Assembly (NCBI GenBank): GCA_964016885.1
Contig: OZ024744.1
Location: 122,264,001 to 122,328,000, forward strand
Length of the DNA: 64,000 nucleotides
From: Eledone cirrhosa
Taxonomy: Eukaryota
Direction of reading: 5' to 3'
Shown here: piece by piece, positions 17,201 to 33,500 of the stretch
How positions within the stretch are numbered: position 1 is the first letter of the stretch
Layout of the letters: every line of letters starts with the position of its first letter
Position numbers and translations under genes: made by a program
Notes under the pieces: model-generated
Databases searched by the model: none
The model's input: only the letters and a program-made list of their open reading frames with translations
Told to the model about the DNA's origin: nothing

Positions 17201-19950
17201 CCTCTCAGCCAGTCACTTTCATACTTCCTCAACACATGACCCAACCATCTCACACTCTCTCTTCACAACATCCATCACTACCTCTGTTCCTCTCAGCCAG
17301 TCACTTTCATACTTCCTCAACACATGACCCAACCATCTCACACTATCTCTCTTCACAACATCCATCACTACCTCTATTCCTCTCACCCAGTCACTTTTAT
17401 CCTTCCTCAACACATGACCTAACCATCTCACACTATCTCTCTTCACAGCATCCATCATTACCTCTATTGCTCTCACCCAGTCACTTTCATACTTCCTCAA
17501 CACATGACCCAACCATCTCTCACTATCTCTCTTCACAACATCCATCATTACCTCTATTCCTCTCACCCAGTCACTTTTATCCTTCCTCAACACATGACCC
17601 AACCATCTCACACTATCTCTCTTCACAACATCCATCACTACCTCTATTCCTCTAACCCAGTCACTTTTATCCTTCCTCAACACATGACTAAACCATCTCA
17701 CACTATCTCTCTTCACAACATCCATCACTACCTCTATTCCTCTCACCCAGTCACTTTCATACTGCCTCAACCCATGACCCAACCATCTCACACTATCTCT
17801 CTTCACAACATCCATCACTACATCTGTTCCTCTCACCCAGTCACTTTTATACTTCCTCAACACATGACCCAACCATCTCACACTATCTCTCTTCACAACA
17901 TCCAACACTACCTCCATTCCTCTCACCAAGTCACTTTTATCCTTCCTCAAAACATGACCCAACCATCTTACACTATCTCTCTTCACAACATCCATCACTA
18001 CCTCTATTCCTCTCAACCAGTCACTTTTATCCTTCCTCAACACATGACCCAACCATCTCACACTATCTCTCTTCACAACATCCATCACTACCTCTATTCC
18101 TCTCACCCAGTCACTTTCATACTTCCTCAACAGATGACCTAACCATCTCACACTATCTCTCTTCACAACATCCATCACTACCTCTATTCCTCTCACCCAG
18201 TCACTTTCATACTTCCTCAACACATGACCCAACCATCTCACACTATCTCTCTTCACAACATCCATCACTACCTCTATTCCTCTCACCCAGTCACTTTCAT
18301 ACTTCCTCAACACATGACCCAACCATCTCACACTATCTCTCTTCACAACATCCATCACTACCTTTATTCCTCTCAGCCAGTCAATTTCATACTTCCTCAA
18401 CACATGACCCAGCCATCTCACACTATCTCTCTTCACAACATCTATCACTACCTCTATTCCTCTCACCCAGTCACTTTCATACTTCCTCAACACATGACCC
18501 AACCATCTCTCACTATTTCTCTTCACAGCATCCATCACTAACTCTATTCCTCTCAGCCAGTCACTTTCATACTTCCTCAACACATGACCCAACCATCTTA
18601 CACTATCTCTCTTCACAACATCCATCACTAACTCTATTCCTCTCACCCAGTCACTTTTATCCTTCCTCAACACATGACCTAACCATCTCACACTATCTCT
18701 CTTCACAACATCCATCATTACCTCTATTGCTCTCACCCAGTCACTTTCATACTTCCTCAACACATGACCCAACCTTCTCACACTATCTCTCTTCACAACA
18801 TCCATCACTACCTCTATTCCTCTCACCCAGTCACTTTCATACTTCCTCAACACATGACCCAACCATCTCACACTATCTCTCTTCACAACATCCATCACTA
18901 CCTCTATTCCTCTCACCCAGTCACTTTTATCCTTCCTCAACACATGACCCAACCATCTCACACTATCTCTCTTCACAACATCCATCACTACCTCTATTCC
19001 TCTCACCCAGTCACTTTTATCCTTCCTCAACACATGACCAAACCATCTCACGCTATCTCTCTTCACAACATCCATCACTACCTCTATTCCTCTCACCCAG
19101 TCACTTTCATACTGCCTCAACCCATGACCCAACCATCTCACACTATCTCTCTTCACAACATCCATCACTACATCTGTTCCTCTCACCCAGTCACTTTTAT
19201 ACTTCCTCAACACATGACCCAACCATCTCACACTATCTCTCTTCACAACATCCATCACTACCTCTATTCCTCTCACCCAGTCACTTTTATCCTTCCTCAA
19301 CACATGACCCAACCATCTTACACTATCTCTCTTCACAACATCCATCACTACCTCTATTCCTCTCACCCAGTCACTTTCATACTTCCTCAACAGATGACCT
19401 AACCATCTCACACTATCTCTCTTCACAACATCCATCACTACCTCTATTCCTCTCACCCAGTCACTTTCATACTTCCTCAACACATGACCCAACCATCTCA
19501 CACTATCTCTCTTCACAACATCCATCACTACCTCTATTCCTCACACCCAGTCACTTTTATCCTTCCTCAATACATGACCCAACCATCTCACACTATCTCT
19601 CTTCACAACATCCATCACTACCTCTATTCCGCTCACCCAGTCACTTTCATACTTCCTCAACACATGACCCACCTATCTCACACTATCTCTCTTCACAACA
19701 TCCATCACTACCTCTATTCCCTTCACCCAGTCACTTTCATACTGCCTCAACACATAACCCAACAATCTCTCACTATCTCTCTTCACAACATCCATCACTA
19801 CCTCTATTCCTCTCACCCAGTCACTTTCATACTTCCTCAACACATGACCCAACCATCTCACACTATCTCTCTTCACAACATCCATCACTACCTCTATTCC
19901 TCTCACCCAGTCACTTTTATCCTTCCTCAACACATGACCTAACCATCTGA
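5265..19950. repeat. HOR domain A: 3774-bp unit (42 monomers minus three 2-bp deletions) with truncated copies
   Basis: Frameshift-terminated ORFs ending in RECEMVGSCVEEV have their left ends at 5265, 9039, 10567 and 14341 (spacings 3774, 1528, 3774). Near-identical 739-aa repeat ORFs lie at 5265, 10567 and 14341. Diagnostic 2-bp deletions lie near 5301, 8180, 8450, 9076, 10604, 13481, 13752, 14377 and 17256. Confidence 0.88.
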
Positions 19951-22460
19951 CACTATCTCTCTTCACAACATCCATCACTACCTCTGTTCCTCTCACCCAG
20001 TCACTTTTATCCTTCCTCAACACATGACCTAACCATCTGACACTATCTCTCTTCACAACATCCATCACTACATCTGTTCCTCTCACCCAGTCACTTTTAT
20101 ACTTCCTCAACACATGACCCTAACATCTCACACTATCTCTCTTGACAACATCCATCACTACATTTATTCCTCTCAGCCAGTCAATTTCATACTGCCTCAA
20201 CACATGACCCAACCATCTCTCACTATCTCTCTTCACAACATCCATCACTACCTCTATTCCTCTCACCCAGTCACTTTCATACTTCCTTAACACATGACCC
20301 AACCATCTCACACTATCTCTCTTCACAACATCCATCACTACCTCTATTCCTCACACCCAGTCAGTTTCATACTTCCTCAACAGATGACCTAACCATCTCA
20401 CATTATCTCTCTTAACAACATCCATCACTACCTCTGTTCCTCTCACCCAGTCACTTTAATACTTCCTCAACACATGACCTAACCATCTCACACTATCTCT
20501 CTTCACAACGTCCATCACTACCTCTATTCCTCTCACCCAGTCACTTTCATACTTCCTCAACACATGACCAAACCATCTCACACTATCTCTCTTCACAACA
20601 TCCATCACTACCTCTATTCCTCTCAGCCAGTCACTTTCATACTTCCTCAACACATGACCCAACCATCTCACACTATCTCTCTTCAGAACATCCATCACTA
20701 CCTCTATTCCTCTCACCCAGTCACTTTTATCCTTCCTCAACACATGACCCAACCATCTCACACTATCTCTCTTCACAACATCCATCACTACCTCTATTCC
20801 TCTCACCCAGTCACTTTTATCCTTCCTCAACACATGACCAAACCATCTCACGCTATCTCTCTTCACAACATCCATCACTACCTCTATTCCTCTCACCCAG
20901 TCACTTTCATACTGCCTCAACCCATGACCCAACCATCTCACACTATCTCTCTTCACAACATCCATCACTACATCTGTTCCTCTCACCCAGTCACTTTTAT
21001 ACTTCCTCAACACATGACCCAACCATCTCACACTATCTCTCTTCACAACATCCATCACTACCTCTATTCCTCTCACCCAGTCACTTTTATCCTTCCTCAA
21101 CACATGACCCAACCATCTTACACTATCTCTCTTCACAACATCCATCACTACCTCTATTCCTCTCACCCAGTCACTTTCATACTTCCTCAACAGATGACCT
21201 AACCATCTCACACTATCTCTCTTCACAACATCCATCACTACCTCTATTCCTCTCACCCAGTCACTTTCATACTTCCTCAACACATGACCCAACCATCTCA
21301 CACTATCTCTCTTCACAACATCCATCACTACCTCTATTCCTCACACCCAGTCACTTTTATCCTTCCTCAATACATGACCCAACCATCTCACACTATCTCT
21401 CTTCACAACATCCATCACTACCTCTATTCCGCTCACCCAGTCACTTTCATACTTCCTCAACACATGACCCACCTATCTCACACTATCTCTCTTCACAACA
21501 TCCATCACTACCTCTATTCCCTTCACCCAGTCACTTTCATACTGCCTCAACACATAACCCAACAATCTCTCACTATCTCTCTTCACAACATCCATCACTA
21601 CCTCTATTCCTCTCACCCAGTCACTTTCATACTTCCTCAACACATGACCCAACCATCTCACACTATCTCTCTTCACAACATCCATCACTACCTCTATTCC
21701 TCTCACCCAGTCACTTTTATCCTTCCTCAACACATGACCTAACCATCTGACACTATCTCTCTTCACAACATCCATCACTACCTCTGTTCCTCTCACCCAG
21801 TCACTTTTATCCTTCCTCAACACATGACCTAACCATCTGACACTATCTCTCTTCACAACATCCATCACTACATCTGTTCCTCTCACCCAGTCACTTTTAT
21901 ACTTCCTCAACACATGACCCAACCATCTCACACTATCTCTCTTGACAACATCCATCACTACATTTATTCCTCTCAGCCAGTCAATTTCATTCTGCCTCAA
22001 CACATGACCCAACCATCTCTCACTATCTCTCTTCACAACATCCATCACTACCTCTATTCCTCTCACCCAGTCACTTTCATACTTCCTTAACACATGACCC
22101 AACCATCTCACACTATCTCTCTTCACAACATCCATCACTACCTCTATTCCTCACACCCAGTCAGTTTCATACTTCCTCAACAGATGACCTAACCATCTCA
22201 CATTATCTCTCTTAACAACATCCATCACTACCTCTGTTCCTCTCACCCAGTCACTTTAATACTTCCTCAACACATGACCTAACCATCTCACACTATCTCT
22301 CTTCACAACGTCCATCACTACCTCTATTCCTCTCACCCAGTCACTTTCATACTTCCTCAACACATGACCAAACCATCTCACACTATCTCTCTTCACAACA
22401 TCCATCACTACCTCTATTCCTCTCAGCCAGTCACTTTCATACTTCCTCAACACATGACCC
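18900..22460. repeat. 1800-bp (20-monomer) tandem duplication inside the array
   Basis: Identical ORFs at 19484 and 21284; matching ORF ends at 19673/21473 and 20456/22256. Private variants recur 1800 apart (cgctatc at 19051/20851, cttaacaaca at 20411/22211). Confidence 0.85.
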
Positions 22461-24539
22461 AACCATCTCACACTATCTCTCTTCACAACATCCGTCACTA
22501 CCTCTATTCCTCTCACCCAGTCACTTTTATCCTTCCTCAACACATGACCTAACCATCTCAAACTATCTCTCTTCACAACATCCATCACTACCTCTATTCC
22601 TCTCACCCAGTCACTTTTATACTTCCTCAACACATGACCCAACCATCTCACACTATCTCTCTTCACAATATCCATCACTACCTCTATTCCTCTCACCCAG
22701 TCACTTTTATCCTTCCTCAACACATGACCCAACCATCTCACACTCTCTCTCTTCACAACATCCATCACTACCTCTGTTCCTCTCACCCAGTCACTTTCAT
22801 ACTTCCTCAACACATGACCTAACCATCTCACACTATCTCTCTTCACAACATCCATCACTACCTCTATTCCTCTCACCCAGTCACTTTCATACTTCCTCAA
22901 CACATGACCCAACCATCTCACACTATCTCTCTTCACAACATCCATCACTACCTCTATTCCTCTCACCCAGTCACTTTCATACTTCCTCAACACATGACCT
23001 CACCATCTCACACTATCTCTCTTCACAACATCCATCACTACCTCTATTCCTCTCACCCAGTCACTTTTATCTTTCCTCAACACATGACCCAACTATCTCA
23101 CACTATCTCTCTTCACAACATCCATCACTACCTCTATTCCTCTCACCCAGTCACTTTCATACTTCCTCAACACATGACCCAACCATCTCACACTATCTCT
23201 CTTCACAACATCCATCACTACCTCTATTCCTATCAGCCAGTCACTTTTATCCTTCCTCAACACATGAGCCAACCATATCACACTATCTCTCTTCACAACA
23301 TCCATCACCACCTCTATTCCTCTCACCCAGTCACTTTTATCCGTCCTCAACACATGACCCAACCATCTCACACTATCTCTCTTCACATCATCCATCACCA
23401 CCTCTATTCCTCTCACCCAGTCACTTTTATCCTTCCTCAACACATGACCCAACCATCTCACACTATCTCTCTTCACAACATCCATCATTACCTCTATTGC
23501 TCTCACCCAGTCACTTTCATACTTCCTCAAACATGACCCAACCATCTCACACTATCTCTCTTCACAACATCCATCACTACCTCTATTCCTATCAGCCAGT
23601 CACTTTTATCCTTCCTCAACACATGAGCCAACCATATCACACTATCTCTCTTCACAACATCCATCACCACCTCTATTCCTCTCACCCAGTCACTTTTATC
23701 CGTCCTCAACACATGACCCAACCATCTCACACTATCTCTCTTCACAACATCCATCACCACCTCTATTCCTCTCACCCAGTCACTTTTATCCTTCCTCAAC
23801 ACATGACCCAACCATCTCACACTATCTCTCTTCACAACATCCATCATTACCTCTATTGCTCTCACCCAGTCACTTTCATACTTCCTCAACACATGACCCA
23901 ACCATCTCACACTATCTCTCTTCACAACATCCATCATTACCTCTATTGCTCTCACCCAGTCACTTTTATACATCCTCAACACATGACCCAACCATCTCAT
24001 ACTAACTCTCTTCACAACATCCATCACTACCTCTATTCCTCTCACCCAGTCACTTTTATCCTTCCTCAACACATGACCCAACCATCTCACACTATCTCTC
24101 TTCACAACATCCATCACTACCTCTATTCCTCTCACCCAGTCACTTTCACACTGCCTCAACCCATGACCCAACCATCTCACACTATCTCTCTTCACAACAT
24201 CCATCACTACATCTGTTCCTCTCACCCAGTCACTTTTATACTTCCTCAACACATGACCCAACCATCTCACACTATCTCTCTTCACAACATCCATCACTAC
24301 CTCTATTCCTCTCACCAAGTCACTTTTATCCTTCCTCAACACATGACCCAACCATCTTACACGATCTCTCTTCACAACATCCATCACTACCTCTATTCCT
24401 CTCAACCAGTCACTTTTATCCTTCCTCAACACATGACCCAACCATCTCACACTATCTCTCTTCACAACATCCATCACTACCTCTATTCCTCTCACCCAGT
24501 CACTTTCATACTTCCTCAACAGATGACCTAACCATCTCA

Positions 24540-27500
24540 CACTATCTCTTTTCACAACATCCATCACTACCTCTATTCCTCTCACCTCCCAGTCACTTTT
24601 ATCCTTCCTCAACACATGATCCAACCATCTCACACTATCTCTCTTCACAACATCCATCACCACCTCTATTCCTCACACCCAGTCACTTTTATACTTCCTC
24701 AACACATGACCCAACCATCTCACACTATCTCTCTTCACAACATCCATCACTACCTCTATTCCTCTCACCCAGTCACTTTCATACTTCCTCAACAGATGAC
24801 CTAACCATCTCACACTATCTCTTTTCACAACATCCATCACTACCTCTATTCCTCTCACCTCCCAGTCACTTTTATCCTTCCTCAACACATGATCCAACCA
24901 TCTCACACTATCTCTCTTCACAACATCCATCACTACCTCTATTCCTCTCACCCAGTCACTTTCATACTTCCTCAACACATGACCCAACCATCTCACACTA
25001 TCTCTCTTCACAACATCCATCACTACCTCTATTCCTCTCACCCAGTCACTTTCATACTTCCTCAACACATGACCCAACCATCTCACACTATCTCTCTTCA
25101 CAACATCCATCACTACCTCTGTTTCTCTCAACCAGTCACTTTTATCCTTCCTCAACGCATGACCCAACCATCTCACACTATCTCTCTTCACAACATCCAT
25201 CACTACCTTTATTCCTCTCAGCCAGTCAATTTCATACTTCCTCAACACATGACCCAACCATCTCACACTATCTCTCTTCACAACATCTATCACTACCTCT
25301 AATCCTCTCACCCAGTCACTTTCATACTTCCTCAACACATGACCCAACCATCTCTCACTATCTCTCTTCACAACATCCATCACTAACTCTATTCCTCTCA
25401 GCCAGTCACTTTCATACTTCCTCAACACATGACCCAACCATCTTACACTATCTCTCTTCACAACATCCATCACTAACTCTCTTCCTCTCACCCAGTCACT
25501 TTTATCCTTCCTCAACACATGACCTAACCATCTCACACTATCTCTCTTCACAACATCCATCATTACCTCTATTGCTCTCACCCAGTCACTTTCATACTTC
25601 CTCAACACATGACCCAACCTTCTCACACTATCTCTCTTCACAACATCCATCACTACCTCTATTCCTCTCACCCAGTCACTTTCATACTTCCTCAACACAT
25701 GACCCAACCATCTCACACTATCTCTCTTCACAACATCCATCACTACCTCCATTCCTCTCACCCAGTCACTTTTATTCTTCCTCAACACATGACCCAACCA
25801 TCTCACACTATCTCTCTTCACAACATCCATCACTACCTCTATTCCTCTCACCCAGTCACTTTCATACTGCCTCAACCCATGACCCAACCATCTCACACTA
25901 TCTCTCTTCACAACATCCATCACTACATCTGTTCCTCTCACCCAGTCACTTTTATACTTCCTCAACACATTACCCAACCATCTCACACTATCTCTCTTCA
26001 CAACATCCATCACTACCTCTATTCCTCTCACCCAGTCACTTTTATCCTTCCTCAACACATGACCCAACCATCTTACACTATCTCTCTTCAAAACATCCAT
26101 CACTACCTCTATTCCTCACACCCAGTCACTTTTATCCTTCCTCAACACATGACCCAACAATCTCTCACTATCTCTCTTCACAACATCCATCACTACCTCT
26201 ATTCCTCTCACCCAGTCACTTTCATACTTCCTCAACACATGACCCAACCATCTCACACTATCTCTCTTCACAACATCCATCACTACCTCTATTCCTCTCA
26301 CCCAGTCACTTTTATCCTTCCTCAACCCATGACCTAACCATCTGACACTATCTCTCTTCACAACATCCATCACTACATCTGTTCCTCTCACCCAGTCACT
26401 TTTATACTTCCTCAACACATGACCCAACCATCTCACACTATCTCTCTTCACAACATCCATCACTACATTTATTCCTCTCAGCCAGTCAATTTCATACTGC
26501 CTCAACACATTAACCAACCATCTCTCACTATCTCTCTTCACAACATCCATCACTACCTCTATTCCTCTCACCCAGTCACTTTCATACTTCCTCAACACAT
26601 GACCCAACCATCTCACACTATCTCTCTTCACAACATCCATCACTACCTCTATTCCTCTCACCCCGTTACTTTTATCCTTCCTCAACACATGACCTAACCA
26701 TCTCACACTATCTCTCTTCACAACATCCATCACTACCTCTATTCCTCTCACCCAGTCACTTTTATACTTCCTCAACACATGACCCAACCATCTCACACTA
26801 TCTCTCTTCACAACATCCATCACTACCTCTATTCCTCTCACCCAGTCACTTTCATACTTCCTCAACACATGACCCAATCATCTCACACTATCTCTCTTCA
26901 CAATATCCATCACTACCTCTATTCCTCTCACCCAGTCACTTTTATCCTTCCTCAACACATGACCTAACCATCTGACACTATCTCTCTTCACAACATCCAT
27001 CACTACATCTTTTCCTCTCACCCAGTCACTTTTATACTTCCTCAACACATGACCCAACCATCTCACACTATCTCTCTTCACAACATCCATCACTACCTCG
27101 GTTCCTCTCAACCAGTCACTTTTATCCTTCCTCAACACATAACCCAACCATCTCACACTATCTCTCTTCACAACATCCATCACTACCTCTATTCCTCACA
27201 CCCAGTCAGTTTCATACTTCCTCAACAGATGACCTAACCATCTCACATTATCTCTCTTCACAACATCCATCACTACCTCTGTTCCTCTCACCCAGTCACT
27301 TTAATACTTCCTCAACACATGACCTAACCATCTCACACTATCTCTCTTCACAACGTCCATCACGACCTCTATTCCTCTCACCCAGTCACTTTCATACTTC
27401 CTCAACACATGACCCAACCATCTCACACTATCTCTCTTCACAACATCCATCACTACCTCTATTCCTCTCAGCCAGTCACTTTCATACTTCCTCAACACAT

Positions 27501-30500
27501 GACCCAACCATCTCACACTATCTCTCTTCACAACATCCATCACTACCTCTATTCCTCTCACCCAGTCACTTTTATCCTTACTCAACACATGACCTAACCA
27601 TCTCAAACTATCTCTCTTCACAACATCCATCACTACCTCTATTCCTCTCACCCAGTCACTTTTATACTTCCTCAACACATGACCCAACCATCTCACACTA
27701 TCTCTCTTCACAATATCCATCACTACCTCTATTCCTCTCACCCAGTCACTTTTATCCTTCCTCAACACATGACCCAACCATCTCACACTCTCTCTCTTCA
27801 CAACATCCATCACTACCTCTGTTCCTCTCACCCAGTCACTTTCATACTTCCTCAACACATGACCTAACCATCTCACACTATCTCTCTTCACAACATCCAT
27901 CACTACATTTATTCCTCTCAGCCAGTCAATTTCATACTGCCTCAACACATGACCCAACCATCTCTCACTATCTCTCTTCACAACATCCATCACTACCTCT
28001 ATTCCTCTCACCCAGTCACTTTCATACTTCCTCAACACATGACCCAACCATCTCACACTATCTCTCTTCACAACATCCATCACTACCTCTATTCCTCTCA
28101 CCCCGTTACTTTTATTCTTCCTCAACACATGACCTAACCATCTCACACTATCTCTCTTCACAACATCCATCACTACCTCTATTCCTCTCATCCAGTCACT
28201 TTTATACTTCCTCAACACATGACCCAACCATCTCACACTATCTCTCTTCACAACATCCATCACTACCTCTATTCCTCTCACCCAGTCACTTTCATACTTC
28301 CTCAACACATGACCCAATCATCTCACACTATCTCTCTTCACAATATCCATCACTACCTCTATTCCTCTCACCCAGTCACTTTTATCCTTCCTCAACACAT
28401 GACCTAACCATCTGACACTATCTCTCTTCACAACATCCATCACTACATCTGTTCCTCTCACCCAGTCACTTTTATACTTCCTCAACACATGACACAACCA
28501 TCTCACACTATCTCTCTTCACAACATCCATCACTACCTCGGTTCCTCTCAACCAGTCACTTTTATCCTTCCTCAACACATAACCCAACCATCTCACACTA
28601 TCTCTCTTCACAACATCCATCACTACCTCTATTCCTCACACCCAGTCAGTTTCATACTTCCTCAACAGATGACCTAACCATCTCACATTATCTCTCTTCA
28701 CAACATCCATCACTACCTCTGTTCCTCTCACCCAGTCACTTTAATACTTCCTCAACACATGACCTAACCATCTCACACTATCTCTCTTCACAACATCCAT
28801 CACCACCTCTATTCCTCACACCCAGTCACTTTTATACTTCCTCAACACATGACCCAACCATCTCACACTATCTCTCTTCACAACATCCATCACTACCTCT
28901 ATTCCTCTCACCCAGTCACTTTCATACTTCCTCAACACATGACCCAACCATCTCACACTATCTCTCTTCACAACATCCATCACTACCTCTATTCCTCTCA
29001 CCCAGTCACTTTCATACTTCCTCAACACATGACCCAACCATCTCACACTATCTCTCTTCACAACATCCATCACTACCTCTGTTTCTCTCAACCAGTCACT
29101 TTTATCCTTCCTCAACGCATGACCCAACCATCTCACACTATCTCTCTTCACAACATCCATCACTACCTTTATTCCTCTCAGCCAGTCAATTTCATACTTC
29201 CTCAACACATGACCCAACCATCTCACACTATCTCTCTTCACAACATCTATCACTACCTCTAATCCTCTCACCCAGTCACTTTCATACTTCCTCAACACAT
29301 GACCCAACCATCTCTCACTATCTCTCTTCACAACATCCATCACTAACTCTATTCCTCTCAGCCAGTCACTTTCATACTTCCTCAACACATGACCCAACCA
29401 TCTTACACTATCTCTCTTCACAACATCCATCACTAACTCTCTTCCTCTCACCCAGTCACTTTTATCCTTCCTCAACACATGACCTAACCATCTCACACTA
29501 TCTCTCTTCACAACATCCATCATTACCTCTATTGCTCTCACCCAGTCACTTTCATACTTCCTCAACACATGACCCAACCATCTCACACTATCTCTCTTCA
29601 CAACATCCATCACTACCTCTATTCCTCTCACCCAGTCACTTTCATACTGCCTCAACCCATGACCCAACCATCTCACACTATCTCTCTTCACAACATCCAT
29701 CACTACCTCTATTCCTCTCACCCAGTCACTTTTATCCTTCCTCAACCCATGACCTAACCATCTGACACTATCTCTCTTCACAACATCCATCACTACATCT
29801 GTTCCTCTCACCCAGTCACTTTTATACTTCCTCAACACATGACCCAACCATCTCACACTATCTCTCTTCACAACATCCATCACTACATTTATTCCTCTCA
29901 GCCAGTCAATTTCATACTGCCTCAACACATTAACCAACCATCTCTCACTATCTCTCTTCACAACATCCATCACTACCTCTATTCCTCTCACCCAGTCACT
30001 TTCATACTTCCTCAACACATGACCCAACCATCTCACACTATCTCTCTTCACAACATCCATCACTACCTCTATTCCTCTCACCCCGTTACTTTTATCCTTC
30101 CTCAACACATGACCTAACCATCTCACACTATCTCTCTTCACAACATCCATCACTACCTCTATTCCTCTCACCCAGTCACTTTTATACTTCCTCAACACAT
30201 GACCCAACCATCTCACACTATCTCTCTTCACAACATCCATCACTACCTCTATTCCTCTCACCCAGTCACTTTCATACTTCCTCAACACATGACCCAATCA
30301 TCTCACACTATCTCTCTTCACAATATCCATCACTACCTCTATTCCTCTCACCCAGTCACTTTTATCCTTCCTCAACACATGACCTAACCATCTGACACTA
30401 TCTCTCTTCACAACATCCATCACTACATCTTTTCCTCTCACCCAGTCACTTTTATACTTCCTCAACACATGACCCAACCATCTCACACTATCTCTCTTCA

Positions 30501-33500
30501 CAACATCCATCACTACCTCGGTTCCTCTCAACCAGTCACTTTTATCCTTCCTCAACACATAACCCAACCATCTCACACTATCTCTCTTCACAACATCCAT
30601 CACTACCTCTATTCCTCACACCCAGTCAGTTTCATACTTCCTCAACAGATGACCTAACCATCTCACATTATCTCTCTTCACAACATCCATCACTACCTCT
30701 GTTCCTCTCACCCAGTCACTTTAATACTTCCTCAACACATGACCTAACCATCTCACACTATCTCTCTTCACAACGTCCATCACGACCTCTATTCCTCTCA
30801 CCCAGTCACTTTCATACTTCCTCAACACATGACCCAACCATCTCACACTATCTCTCTTCACAACATCCATCACTACCTCTATTCCTCTCAGCCAGTCACT
30901 TTCATACTTCCTCAACACATGACCCAACCATCTCACACTATCTCTCTTCACAACATCCATCACTACCTCTATTCCTCTCACCCAGTCACTTTTATCCTTA
31001 CTCAACACATGACCTAACCATCTCAAACTATCTCTCTTCACAACATCCATCACTACCTCTATTCCTCTCACCCAGTCACTTTTATACTTCCTCAACACAT
31101 GACCCAACCATCTCACACTATCTCTCTTCACAATATCCATCACTACCTCTATTCCTCTCACCCAGTCACTTTTATCCTTCCTCAACACATGACCCAACCA
31201 TCTCACACTCTCTCTCTTCACAACATCCATCACTACCTCTGTTCCTCTCACCCAGTCACTTTCATACTTCCTCAACACATGACCTAACCATCTCACACTA
31301 TCTCTCTTCACAACATCCATCACTACATTTATTCCTCTCAGCCAGTCAATTTCATACTGCCTCAACACATGACCCAACCATCTCTCACTATCTCTCTTCA
31401 CAACATCCATCACTACCTCTATTCCTCTCACCCAGTCACTTTCATACTTCCTCAACACATGACCCAACCATCTCACACTATCTCTCTTCACAACATCCAT
31501 CACTACCTCTATTCCTCTCACCCCGTTACTTTTATTCTTCCTCAACACATGACCTAACCATCTCACACTATCTCTCTTCACAACATCCATCACTACCTCT
31601 ATTCCTCTCATCCAGTCACTTTTATACTTCCTCAACACATGACCCAACCATCTCACACTATCTCTCTTCACAACATCCATCACTACCTCTATTCCTCTCA
31701 CCCAGTCACTTTCATACTTCCTCAACACATGACCCAATCATCTGACACTATCTCTCTTCACAATATCCATCACTACCTCTATTCCTCTCACCCAGTCACT
31801 TTTATCCTTCCTCAACACATGACCTAACCATCTGACACTATCTCTCTTCACAACATCCATCACTACATCTGTTCCTCTCACCCAGTCACTTTTATACTTC
31901 CTCAACACATGACACAACCATCTCACACTATCTCTCTTCACAACATCCATCACTACCTCGGTTCCTCTCAACCAGTCACTTTTATCCTTCCTCAACACAT
32001 AACCCAACCATCTCACACTATCTCTCTTCACAACATCCATCACTACCTCTATTCCTCACACCCAGTCAGTTTCATACTTCCTCAACAGATGACCTAACCA
32101 TCTCACATTATCTCTCTTCACAACATCCATCACTACCTCTGTTCCTCTCACCCAGTCACTTTAATACTTCCTCAACACATGACCTAACCATCTCACACTA
32201 TCTCTCTTCACAACGTCCATCACTACCTCTATTCCTCTCACCCAGTCACTTTCATACTTCCTCAACAGATGACCTAACCATCTCACACTATCTCTTTTCA
32301 CAACATCCATCACTACCTCTATTCCTCTCACCTCCCAGTCACTTTTATCCTTCCTCAACACATGATCCAACCATCTCACACTATCTCTCTTCACAACATC
32401 CATCACCACCTCTATTCCTCACACCCAGTCACTTTTATACTTCCTCAACACATGACCCAACCATCTCACACTATCTCTCTTCACAACATCCATCACTACC
32501 TCTATTCCTCTCACCCAGTCACTTTCATACTTCCTCAACACATGACCCAACCATCTCACACTATCTCTCTTCACAACATCCATCACTACCTCTATTCCTC
32601 TCACCCAGTCACTTTCATACTTCCTCAACACATGACCCAACCATCTCACACTATCTCTCTTCACAACATCCATCACTACCTCTGTTCCTCTCAACCAGTC
32701 ACTTTTATCCTTCCTCAACGCATGACCCAACCATCTCACACTATCTCTCTTCACAACATCCATCACTACCTTTATTCCTCTCAGCCAGTCAATTTCATAC
32801 TTCCTCAACACATGACCCAACCATCTCACACTATCTCTCTTCACAACATCTATCACTACCTCTAATCCTCTCACCCAGTCACTTTCATACTTCCTCAACA
32901 CATGACCCAACCATCTCTCACTATCTCTCTTCACAACATCCATCACTACCTCTATTCCTCTCACCCAGTCACTTTTATACTTCCTCAACACATTACCCAA
33001 CCATCTCACACTATCTCTCTTCACAACATCCATCACTACCTCTATTCCTCTCACCCAGTCACTTTAATCCTTCCTCAACACATGACCCAACCATCTTACA
33101 CTATCTCTCTTCAAAACATCCATCACTACCTCTATTCCTCACACCCAGTCACTTTTATCCTTCCTCAACACATGACCCAACAATCTCTCACTATCTCTCT
33201 TCACAACATCCATCACTACCTCTATTCCTCTCACCCAGTCACTTTCATACTTCCCCAACACATGACCCAACCATCTCACACTATCTCTCTTCACAACATC
33301 CATCACTACCTCTATTCCTCTCACCCAGTCACTTTTATCCTTCCTCAACCCATGACCTAACCATCTGACACTATCTCTCTTCACAACATCCATCACTACA
33401 TCTGTTCCTCTCACCCAGTCACTTTTATACTTCCTCAACACATGACCCAACCATCTCACACTATCTCTCTTCACAACATCCATCACTACATTTATTCCTC

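Noticed and set aside
5265-19528. A single giant repeat-protein gene on the minus strand
   Set aside because: Stops and frameshifts recur in every HOR and there is no unique N- or C-terminus. Kept only as a low-probability finding, not as a CDS.
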